Origin: Eledone cirrhosa
Lineage: Eukaryota
Assembly (NCBI GenBank): GCA_964016885.1
Contig: OZ024747.1
Location: 31,124,001 to 31,188,000, forward strand
Length of the DNA stretch: 64,000 nt
Reading direction: 5' to 3'
Position numbers and translations under genes: made by a program. The notes beneath the pieces were generated by a model. The model was not told the origin of the DNA and did no database searches. It was given only the letters and a program-made list of their open reading frames with translations. Below, piece after piece: positions 52,247 to 64,000 of this stretch (positions within the stretch are counted from its first letter, which is position 1; each line of letters starts with the position of its first letter).

Positions 52247-53141
52247 GTATGTATGCATGATTGTTGGTGTGTGAGTGTGTGCGAGTGGCGTGTGTGTTTG
52301 TATGCATGAGTGTTTGCGTGTAAGTGGGTGTGTGTCGTACGTATGAGTGTCACTAAGTGATTATTATTATTTTTTTTTTTTGTGCGGGGATATAGAAATA
52401 GTTGGGCTGGACACCCAATCGCACAGTTAAACCACTGGGAGTAAAGGACCACTAGCCCTTGTCAGGGCATTCTTCTAAGAGAAGGCAACTCAGGAAACTG
52501 GGATAACTCTGACATAAAACCTGCGGCTCAGTAGTTACCGATGATGTTGATCTTTTCTTCTTTCGGATTATAGCTACTGTCGCTCAGAGAGTGGGATTGG
52601 CTCAGTGCACAGTCTTTCCTCACTTTAAAAATATTCTTCACGCACAGGCATTGCACGATTGCATTAACTAATAATTATTAATATTGTTATTATTGTTATG
52701 ACCATGCTGTAAAATGGAGGGGTAGAGAGGGCCCATGAGTCCAGTAAGACATCCTCTCTAGTGCTGGTGGCATGAATAAAAGCACCCAGTCCATGCTGTA
52801 AAGTGGGACTGGTGTTAGGAAGGGCATCCAACCAGTGTATTAATGCCAAAACAATTATGAGCACAGCAACAAACATATATCGCAATAACTGCGTAAACAG
52901 CAATAACACTAACCATGTTCCAGCAATTGCACTACAGGAAAAGGAACAAGAATATGAAGACGTCGCATCTCGGAGTTGCAACACCTAACGTTAGCACTCT
53001 CACAGGTAGATCTGGTGAAATAGCGGAGATGCTGGAGAGAAGGCATGTGGATGTTTGCTGCATGCAAGAGAGGTGCCTCTGCGAAAGTAATCGTAGACAA
53101 ACATCTTAATTGTAAGCTTTTCTGGGTAGGTAAGGATGATG

Positions 53142-53731
53142 GGTTACGTGATGCGCATGAAAGATGACAGCTGTATAAAAAAGTGCAGGGCAATAAAAAT
53201 AGACGGTAGCCACGGAGTAGGCAGACCCAGAAAAACCTGGGATGACTTGATAAATTCCGACCTCACACACTTACACCTCTCCAAGACAATGTCACTGGAC
53301 CAAGATCTTTGGCGCTACACAGTAATAGAGAAGACCCGCCTTACCTAAGTGCAAAGTGAAACCTACTACAGTCAGTAGGCACCTCTAACAAAATACACCA
53401 CTGTCCCACTACCCTCACCTCATCCACACCACCCCTTTCAATGTAAAGTTATGTTGGTACCACAACATCCAGCCCGAAACAAATGAGGTCATGTAGGTGT
53501 CACGATAAAAAACACACAGTCCACGCTGTAATGTGGCCGTGTAGGTAACACGGTAAAAACCTCCCAGTTCCACACTGTAAATGTGGTTGGTGTTAGGAAG
53601 GGCATCCAGCCGTAGAAAACCCGCCAGACAGTCCTATGCGAGCAAGACAACCACTCTTGCCTCAAGTGGGAAAACTCCCGTCCAAACCCATGCAAGCGTG
53701 GAATATGGACGATGATGATGATGATGATGAT
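53142..53731 (+). mobile_element. Family A 3' fragment nested in the family B endonuclease region
   Basis: Highly similar to ~47951-48654 but with one copy of the duplicated 3' UTR unit; (GAT)n tail; part of the host EN is missing. Confidence 0.9.
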
Positions 53732-55077
53732 AGGCAGCAGGACAGGCAGATGGTATCAAATACCTGGGGAAGAATGTACCCCACAGGATAGGTTAGTCGT
53801 TAGTGATATCTCTGTAAGGAAGAGACAGAATGAGACATACAGGAAGGTGTGGAGAAGAAAGGTCTGGAAGCTAAAAGACCTTTCACTAAAATAAAAATTT
53901 AGGAAAGCCCTTCAAGATGTGTATGACGAAAAAGAAGACGATTTAGAGTCGTATGACATAGATAATAACTGGAATTTCTTACTTGACAACTTATTGCAGG
54001 CTACTGATGAAACTTGTGGCTGGAGCAGAGCTCCAACCAGACAGAGTGTGACCTGGTGGTGGAACAGCATGGTAGATAGGGCCATTAGAGACAACAGACT
54101 AGCATGGAAGACTTGGAAAAAGGGTGGGAGTAGAGAAGGATATACAGCCACTAAGAGAGAAGCTAGACATCAGGTGTACTTAGCACGCAGGGAGGCTAAG
54201 ATCAGGAGGTTTGCCAATGTTCTGCGACAGGAAGATCAGAGATGTGCGGTGTTCCACATTGCAAGGCAGTGTGTCAATGCAAATCAGGATGTTGTTGAAG
54301 ATAAATGTGTCCGAAATGATGCCGGTGTACTTAGTGTCACGAATGATCAGAAAAAGGAGGCCTGGAAATGTCATTATGAGAGACTGATGAATGTGGAGAA
54401 CGAATGGGAGAGAGAGAAACTACCCTCAGTAGATCCGACACAGGGACCAGCTATTGAGATTGACGAATATAGGGTCCAAGAGGCGATTAAGGAAATGAAA
54501 AAGGGTAAGGCCGTTGGACCGTCGGATATAGTTGATGAGATGCTGAAGGCAACAGGGGACATAGGCACTAAACTAATTGCACGCATCATCAATCAGGCTA
54601 TATATGGTGGTGTCATACCCAAAGACTGGTGCCACAGTATTCTCATAAATTGCTACAAAGGTAAAGGGGATGCTCTGGAGATGAGCAATTATAGGGGTAT
54701 AAAACTGATGGATCAGGTTATGAAAGTGGCAGAAAGGATATTAGCACAACTAATTAGAGAAAGGGTCAAACTAGATGAGATGCAGTTTGGTTTTGTGCCT
54801 GGGAAAGGTACAACAGATGTCCTCTTCTTGGTGAGACAATTACAAGAGAGGTTCTTAGAGAAGAATAAGCCACTATACTTAGCTTTTGTTGACCTAGAGA
54901 AGGCCTTTGATAGGTGTTGAGGAATGGCTTGTGAGAACAGTGCAAACGTTGTACAGAGGTGCTGTCAGTAAAATGAGGGTAGGAATGTCAGTAAAATAGT
55001 GAGGAATTCCAGATACAAGTAGGAGTACATCAGGGTTCGGTCCTCAGCCTGCTCTTGTTCATTATAGTTATCCAAGC

Positions 55078-55110
55078 TGGCCTTGTGCCAAAAAGTAGAA
55101 ACAATTATAA
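55078..55110 (+). mobile_element. 33-bp family 1 SINE tail with a 10-bp TSD inside the family B RT
   Basis: TTATCCAAGC at 55068-55077 and 55111-55120 flanks TGGCCTTGTGCCAAAAAGTAGAAACAATTATAA. Confidence 0.9.
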
Positions 55111-56200
55111 TTATCCAAGCCATAACAGAGAATTTTAAGACTGGCTGTCCAGGGGAACTTCTCTATGCTGATGATCTGGTTCTTATAGCAGAATCAGTAG
55201 TGGAGGTAGAGAATAAATACTGGCTATGGAAACAACAGTTGGAATCAAGAGGACTGAGAGTGAACCTAGCTAAGACAAAAGTGTTGATGTGTAGAAAAGA
55301 GGACACCACTCTGATTCTGTCAGGGAAATGGCCATGTTTGATATGCAAAAAAGGAACTGGCATAAATTCTATAAAATGTACACAATGTAGATCTTGGGTA
55401 CATAAGAGATGTAGTGGGATAGCAGGCAAAGTAACAGGTAGGGAAAACTATGTATGTAATAGATGTACAGGGAAATTAGACAGTAGAAGTCGCAGTGATA
55501 CACATCTTTCAAATGCAGGTGGGTTCTATAGAAGTGATAGCTTCCGGTACCTAGGTGATCAGATTAGCATGGGAGGGGGGTGTTCCGAGGCCATAGTATC
55601 TAGAATAAGGATGGGTTGGAAGAAGTTTAGGGAGCTGCTTCCTTGCTGACAAATGGACGGTTATATGATGCCTGTGTGAGATACGCGATGCTGCATGGTA
55701 GTGAGACATGGGCAACGACTGCAGAGGATATGCGACGGCTGTAGAGAAATGAAGCAAGCATGCTCCGTTGGATGTGCAATGTCAATGTGAGTGAACGACC
55801 AAGCATAGATGAGTTGAGAAAGAAACTGTTTATAAGAAGGATAAGTTGTAGTGTGTGGGAGAGAAGACTGTGAAGGTATGGATATGTGATGCACATGGAG
55901 GATGACCACTGGGTAAAGAAGTGCCAGGAAATACCAGTAGAAGGACAACGCCGTAGAGGAAGACCACGAAAAACATGGGCGGAGTTGGTGAGAGCAGACC
56001 TCAGATCGCTGAAGCTCATGGTAGAGATGTTGAAGGACCGTGACAAGTGGAGAGAAGCTGTGCTGAATAGGACCTGTCCCACCCTTGCAAGCAGGGAAAA
56101 GCGGACGTAAAATGATGATGATCATCATACATACATACATTCATATACATTTACATATATAAATACATACATATATATACACACACACATATAAATATAC

Positions 56201-56236
<36 letters not shown>

Positions 56237-56245
56237 CTACATATA

Positions 56246-56294
<49 letters not shown>

Positions 56295-59200
56295 ATAATA
56301 GTAAATGTGAAGACTAAAATCCAAAGAGGGCTCGATAAGGATAAATATATATCAAATATATAAGAACCCTAAAGCAAATATTTATTAAAATAACAGATTA
56401 AAGTTTAAGCAAATAATCACTGCTTTCACCCTTAACGTGATCTTCTGAAACTAAAAAAAATCAATATATGAACGCAGAAGTAAATATTTCGAAAAACGTT
56501 GCAACCAAAGGCGTTCCCTGGCAATGAATGGAAAAAAGCGAAGATAATACATCATTATGTGGAGTGGTGAGAACAATTACACACAGTGACAAAACCACGT
56601 TTATGGTATAAATGGAGTCGTAGACTAATATTCTATTTAAGAAACTGAATGGTTCTCGGCTTCAGATTTAAGAATAGTGTAAATAAAATAGTTGAACGAA
56701 AATGACAGGGGTTATTGAAATCATAAAAGTAATAATAATTAAATATATACATACACACATCTATACATGTGCATACGCGAAAACACACACCATGTATGTA
56801 TATATATGCATGTACACAAACACGCGCACGCGTACGTAAACCCGTGCGGCACATATACCCGCACACATACGAACGTATACACCAAATACACATTAAAAAA
56901 ACATATATGTGTGTGTGTGTGTGTATACATATAATTATATAAACTGTATACAGTTATGTATAGCTTAAATTAATTGTCTCTTTTGCAAAAAGTCCAAAAA
57001 AAATGAATATATCAACCTCAGTATAACAGTGGCCCGTATTTTATTGAGCCTAATGATATGTAGACTGTTAAGATATCATTCCCATTATCTACATTGAATA
57101 TATATAATTACAAACCAAAGTATTTCTGGAAATGATAGTTATTCTATGATAGTTATTATAAAAGTAAGATCAAGACACACAACAAACATACACTAGACCT
57201 GTTACCAAGGTGGGTGGGGCAATGGATTGCACTGATTTTGTGCTTTTAAAGGGTGTATCCAATTTAGATGATCATGCTTATTCTAAACCTCTCCCTTGGA
57301 ATTATTTGGAATTAGATAGTCAGCCTAGAAATTTCAGGATTCTCCCCATCCCCAATCCCATGGACCATAGAGCCTGACACACACATGTGCATATGTTTTT
57401 ATATGTATATAGATTGATAATTGGTGATATGACAAAAAAACGCCTAGTCCACATTATAAAGTGGTTGCTTTGGTGCCACAAGAAAAGTACCCAGTCCACA
57501 CTATAAATTGGGTTGGCATCAGGAAGGGTATTCAGCCATAGAAACCAAGGCAGAAACAGTTCTGTATGAGCAAGACATGGTCATTTGACCTGACTTGTTA
57601 TACAACAGGATGGGGAGGGGGTGTGGAGGGCAGAAAGGGAAAATTGTATCCTCAAACTGGAAACCAAGCCTGAAGTTGAGAAGTGAAATGAAACCAGGCA
57701 ATGGATTAAATTGATCACTAAAACAGTCTACTGCAAGATTTGGTCCTAGAACGTAAAAAGTCAGATAACTCTGCCACTTCTGATAATTCTGGCATATCTC
57801 TGTCATGGATTGTTACTTTATATAATTAACCATGAAAGGATGAGAGACAAAGTTGAACTCAGAGTACAGAAAGCCAAAACAGATAGCGCAAGATGTCTCA
57901 TCTGATACTCTTAAGTGTTGGGCAATTCACCACCAACTTCCAAGGATTTTTGAAGAAATTGATGGGTAAAATTCCACTATATATAACTCAGTAAATCTAC
58001 AGAGTGCTTATCTTGTTCTATGCTACTGAACCACTTAATTACAGCATCGAAGTTGTTCCATTACAATAAATCTGTGGCATTTCTAATCTCTAAGTTTATA
58101 GCATCAACAGTGTGCTTGCTAACTATGTTAAGTTTGCTTTGGCGAGACAGGGTTTATATATATATACATATATATATATATACACCTCCATATATTAGAG
58201 GTGAGAGAGAGACAGTAAGACACATATACATCGATACATATGCATATCCAAATATCTAATCCATCCACAATGTTGTGTGTGTGTGCGCCCACTCACATTA
58301 TACACAGAGATACAGACATACACAAATGGGCTAGTATTCTGATCAGTAATATCCATATATATCTATATACATTCAACTATCATATCTAACATTTAACATG
58401 TCATCTTATTTCTTATTATTATTCTAAGTATATTTCCAATATTGGAAATACACTTTATATACTTCAAGTCATTTGTTGTAATCAAGGTATAATCTGAAAA
58501 TAGATGATTGCCTTTTAAAACATGCAAATATTGCTGATCTAGCAGAGACATATTAAAGCTCAGTCACTGTTTTAATCTGATGTAATCTCTGCACAAGTCA
58601 CCAATAGATAAACAAATTATTACTTGGATGTATTGAAAAGTAGCTGAGGAATATAGAAAGTTCACTGAATGATGAAAATGTGTGCTTCAATCTCCTATTT
58701 TTGAACATGCCTGATAATCTCTTCATTGCTGATCCTTTAGATACAGTTGTGCTAGATTTAACAAAGAAAATATTTCTTATTTGATGAATGCTAGTCGAAC
58801 AATTATACCTTTGCATGTCAGATAAATTGACAAAATATTATATATTTCATTTCTAATAGATTTGTTGAAGTGCAAGAGTTCTTGGGACAGTAAATTGAAT
58901 GCTTTCTGGCAATTCTGATAGGTCTCCATGCTGGGAATTCAAATCCTGCTGAGGTTAACTTTGCCTTTCATTATATCAGGATTCTGGATTGGCAGTATGG
59001 TAGAGCATTGGAATATATATTGTGGAATATATATTGTGGAAGATATATTGTGGAATATATTTTAGCTCTATGCATTCTGAGTTCAAATCCTGCTTTATGT
59101 CTTCAACTTTCAACATTTGTAATAAAATACAGCCAAAATATCTGCATGAAAGAACAGAGAAGCAAACAAACACCATCATCTTCATTCATCAGCTGTCAAA

Positions 59201-59994
59201 CTAGAATGGACACCATGATTTCAATTACTGACATAAAATATACTTACATTGGTGGAATTCCTTGGACATTGAAGGAAGTGAAATTAAGTTTTACACGCTC
59301 TGATTTCCTTCCTGTAAATTTATATATGTGACATATGCTGTTAGGATAAAGATTTGGCCAGTTCGGTGAGTGCAAAGATCCATTTCTCTGTGAGTCTTCG
59401 TGGTGGCTTATAGTGGATATTTCACAGCCTGGAATTAAGTAAATACAGAAACCAACATTAGTAAAATGCCAAAAAAGAAAAAAAGAATTTTTTAATTCAG
59501 TTTTCTATTTTTCTTTCATAATTTGAAAAACGTGTGTCTTTTGATTCAGGTTACAGTTATTTTATTACTTACCTGCAATTACCTGCAATTAACTACACAG
59601 CATTATTTATATATACACACAAACAGTTAGTAATTGGTTTATAACCTGCTATAACATTAGGTTACTTGTCAATACTAAACATGATTAAATTCTATATAAC
59701 TTAGTAAACTTGTGTTAGTTTGACATGAATTTTATCTAAATTATTAAATGAATGACAAGTAAATAACATTTTATGCCAATTCAGAACTGAGTATATTCTT
59801 TAGTAAAACAGAATCACAGAGATGAAAACACTAGAATATAAGTGAAAAAAGGGAAAAACAGAATATAAACTGCAAAAATTATCAAAATCATTAATCACTT
59901 TCGTTGCTTGCTCCATTACCTTTATAGTTGATTTTTTCATGTTTCTGACATATATTCGATAGAGTAAGGTGGTCTATCCTGTCAGGGGGTCATA

Positions 59995-60305
59995 TTGTTG
60001 ATATGAGAAAAAGCATCCATTCCATACTGTAAGGTGGTCGTGCTGGTGACACAACAAAAGTGCCCAGTTCACCTCGTAAGGTTGTTATTTCCATGTCACA
60101 AGAAAAAAACACCTGGCCCGCCCTGTAAGTTGGTTGTTTTGGTGAGACGAGAAAAAGCACCCAGTTCACACTGTGCTGATGACACAACAAAAAGCACTCA
60201 GTCCACACTGTAAGGTGGTCAAGCTCGTGACACGACAAAAGTGTCTATTACACCCTGTAAGGTGGTCAAGGCGGATACATGACAAAAAGTACCCAGTCTA
60301 CACTA
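59995..60305 (+). repeat. ~39-bp tandem array (RTE-tail-associated unit)
   Basis: Repeated AAAAGCACCCAGT(C/T)CACACTGTAAGGTGGTC. Confidence 0.75.
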
Positions 60306-62299
60306 AACAACTTCTGACTCAGACAGTCTTATTCTAAACCTTATTGGGGGTTACTTTTCTCTGGACAGCCAGTTTTACTTTGACTGGGGCAGTCTTATTG
60401 GTCACACAGGGCAGGCTTAACTTAACAGCTAGTTTTACTTCTGACTCAAACAGTCTTATTGGTGGCTGCTCCTCTAAGGACAGACGTAACTTGACAGCTA
60501 GTTTTACTTATTTAAAGATGCATTAATTTTTGTTAATTCAGATTTAGTAATTAACAGGTCAGAAACGACTAGAACAATGGAACGAAGTAAGGAGCAATGG
60601 CAAGTAGCTAGATAGGAAAGTAGATGTCAGGTATACATAGCTAAGGAAAGAAGCAGAAATTAATAGGTTTGCTTCAATATCTTCCTCAGACAGTTTTATT
60701 GGCAGTCACTCCTCTTAGGTTGGGCTTAATTTGACAGCTAGTTTTACTCATTTCGGTTTCAGATCTATCCAGCATCACAGTTACACATTTACCTAACACA
60801 CTTATATTGTCATCATTGACAGTTCAGGTTTCATTGCTCTACTACATCACACTTATACAATACAGTTTGCTTATATAAAACAACATACAAATGTTTAAAT
60901 ATTTTCCCTGTTAAAACAGAGCTTTACTTGGCAGGCTCATAAGTTTTGTGGTGATGGTTTAACAGTCAGATCCCCTTCCAGACAACTGCTCCTTTATTTT
61001 GCTTATTATGTAGCAAAAGAAATTCTTTTTCCAATAAATTTGAATGTAGTTAGCATGTTATATCAATATCTATTTCAAACACCAATTATGACAAGCCAAT
61101 AATAAAGCAGTTATATAATCTGTTGATCTGCTGGAAATATCAATTAAATATCCCTCAAATTCCAAAGGGAGGGACACATTAGATAATGTAGGTCTATATA
61201 TGTAAGAGGACAAAATGGTCATGAGAAAAATACCATTGATTAAAAGACCATATATCTCCTCAATCAAACTTGATATGGTGCTATCAAAACCAACTCATCT
61301 GTGCAACAGAATTTGCCTGATTCTTTAATAAGCTGGGAATTTAAGATCATGGTTTGCTTCAGTTATTTGCTAATTCAGCATAAGTGGCAAACCAAAATTC
61401 AAATTCCTTCTAAGCATTCCTAAGATTCCACTGTACATTCTCTTACCATTTTCATCATTGACAACACAGTTTTCCATCTCCTTTCTTGCATATCATTATG
61501 ACGGCTGATAACTAGTAAATTAGTCAGACCATATTCACTTTCATGTTTGTTAATTGAACCCTACTCATGTTTCAAAGTACTCCATTTCATCAAAAGATTC
61601 CGCAACAAAAAAATATATTCCCACTCACTGATGTTTTCCAATATTTGTTGTATTTCTGACTAAAGAATTAACATAATGAAATCATCATTTCTATAGATAG
61701 TATTTACCAATGTTCCAAAGCCAGGAGAATTATGTTCAATAAATATAAGACTTGATCTATAATTACCTTATCTATCATTTATATCTATTTAGATCTTATG
61801 GAATTCATTTATAAAAGTAGACAAACTGGTAACACTTTTGATACTGTCATGGTGAGGTTTTTAAATGATTTGCCAAAATAATATATTTTAATAACACAGC
61901 TGCTTACATATAACTCCCAGACAAGTTATTCAAAATAACACTCCTCTGCTTCAGTCGTAAACAAATTGAGAACATTTCTTTGCTTTCATGGTTCCTAAAG
62001 AATAATTTTTTTAAAAAATACTCCTACATTCTAAAAGTTATATTAAAAAAATCAGAACTTTTCAAATTATATATATATATATATGATTTGAAAAGTTCTG
62101 ATTTATATATATATATATATATATATACATTGGACTTTGTATAACACTCTTTGGCAATCATATACTCTCCTATATAGCTCTCTGCATGCAAATAGAGTTA
62201 TATTTTTACCCTTGCTATATATATATATATAAGGATAGAACCAGATAAAACTAATTAGATCATTACTCAACAGAGTACTCGATACTTGGGATAGTAGAG

Positions 62300-62419
<120 letters not shown>

Positions 62420-63827
62420 CTTTATACCTTGAAATATCAGTGGCAGAGTGGCTAAAGTGTTGAGCTACTAAATTGAAAATTAAAAGTTAGAACACATTTA
62501 ATATGTTAAACGAGGATCTTGAATCCACAAGCTATTGAAGAAATAGATATATTTTGTTGGTCATATGCTTTTGTTGCAGTTGTTTAGCTATAGGCCTGTT
62601 CTGAGTAAGCAGACCTGTAATCAATAGTAAGTTAGCCATGACCATCCTGATTCAGCAAACTTAGGATCAACTATTTATTAGTACGGTCTGTAAGTAGTAT
62701 ATGGATAAAAGCTGGAGGGTAGATTAATTTCAAATTGTATCCATTTTTCTTTGTTCTGTAAAATCAAAGACTCTAAAACGACTTTATAAAAGCTAACACA
62801 ATATTGTTAAACCTTCCTATAGATCAAAGGATGTATAGTTTAAGCCGTTTCTAGACTTTCGTGGGACGTTACTCGCTCTCTCTCTCTCTCTCTGAATATC
62901 AAACACTTTAATTGTATCTCTCTCTGTATAACGGTCTATCTCTCTTTTTCTGTCTCTCCCTCTGTGTTTCTCTCTCTCTTTAGATGTGTGCATATATATT
63001 TGTGTGTGTGTGTGTAGTGTTTGTGTGATTCAACCTACCAACCAATAAACATCTCTTTTATATATAGAGAGAGATTTCATATAAAGATTGGTCATACTCT
63101 CATATGAATTAGTCAACATATTATAAATGAAAGTTTATACAGTAACTTGCCCAAAATAAAAAATAACAATTGCTCAAAGTAATTAGCAGGAAATTGCTGG
63201 AGAAGTAAGTAGGAAGTCATACACAAGCTACTATTTTGGGAACCAAGTCATGGGAGAAGCAGTAGAGGAAGACCTGCTCAAACATTCATTGATCAATCTT
63301 CAGACAATACAAACCTTCCCTTGATGCCTAAGCTTGTGCTTATTTTGCTTAATAGTTAATACAGCCCTGGTCTTGAAATTAGGTTACATGTATGGCTCAA
63401 TTTCTGTAGGTGGCTCTCAGTCATTGAAACAACTTATTTCACTACATTATACCTCACGAATTATGGCAGCTTTTCACAATAAAAGCAAATTGATATGCAC
63501 ATGAACATACACACATTACATATATATATATACATATATATACAAATATATATATATACAAATATCATCATCGATTAATGTCTGTCTTCCACGCTAGCAT
63601 GGGTTAGACGGGTTTGTCCCATTTAGAGGCAAGTTGGGTCGGGTGACCATATCTCGCTCATATAGGAGTGATTCTGGCTGAATTCCTATGGCTGGATAAA
63701 TTTCCTAACACCAACCACATTGACAGTGTGGGCTGAGTGCTTTTTGTTGTGAGAATCCTTTTACAGTCTGAGCTGGATATTTTGTGGTACCAGTATAATA
63801 CACACACACATGCACACAGACACACAG

Positions 63828-63894
<67 letters not shown>

Positions 63895-63910
63895 AGTTTT
63901 AATATAGATG

Positions 63911-63961
63911 AGATTCTACAGGACTAGAACTGTTTCATTCTTTAGAAATCATCAGGAATCT
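63911..63961 (-). ncRNA. Type I hammerhead ribozyme
   Basis: On -: AGATTC-CTGATGA-T TTC TAAA GAA T-GAAA-CAG TTCTAGTC CTG-TA-GAATCT; 6-bp stem I, 4-bp stem III, GUA cleavage triplet. Confidence 0.85.
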
Positions 63962-64000
63962 GGGTATATAAAAGTTTTAATATATATATATATATATATA

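Larger units (their letters stand above)
52381..56122 (+). mobile_element. RTE-type LINE family B with both ends, decayed and interrupted
   Basis: 5' UTR shared with 16470-16923; EN start (NVSTLTGRSGEIAEMLERRHVDVCCMQE); RT ORFs 53919-54920 and 55083-55649; PHD finger; (GAT)n tail. Confidence 0.92.

Noticed and set aside
52381-52620. HDV-like ribozyme at the 5' end of RTE family B (known in some RTEs)
   Set aside because: Could not fit the nested double pseudoknot in either copy; needs a descriptor search

Overview
AT-rich, repeat-saturated animal genomic DNA with one 200-N gap. The SINE and RTE repertoire and dense (TA)n/(CA)n microsatellites suggest a coleoid cephalopod such as an octopus (inference). 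No intact host gene is supportable. The window holds two near-full-length RTE-type LINEs (APE endonuclease + RT with a PHD finger embedded in the RT), many RTE fragments (three with 5' inversions), one decayed Penelope-like element (RT + GIY-YIG, inverted pLTR), tRNA-derived SINEs, MITEs, a Helitron-like element and a possible solo LTR. The most notable signal is a set of type I hammerhead-ribozyme motifs from about six sequence families. They lie in short inserts within or beside (TA)n tracts, often as fold-back palindromes carrying a ribozyme on each strand. One is a 78-nt unit with terminal direct repeats. All structures were derived by eye, and boundaries of decayed repeats are approximate.
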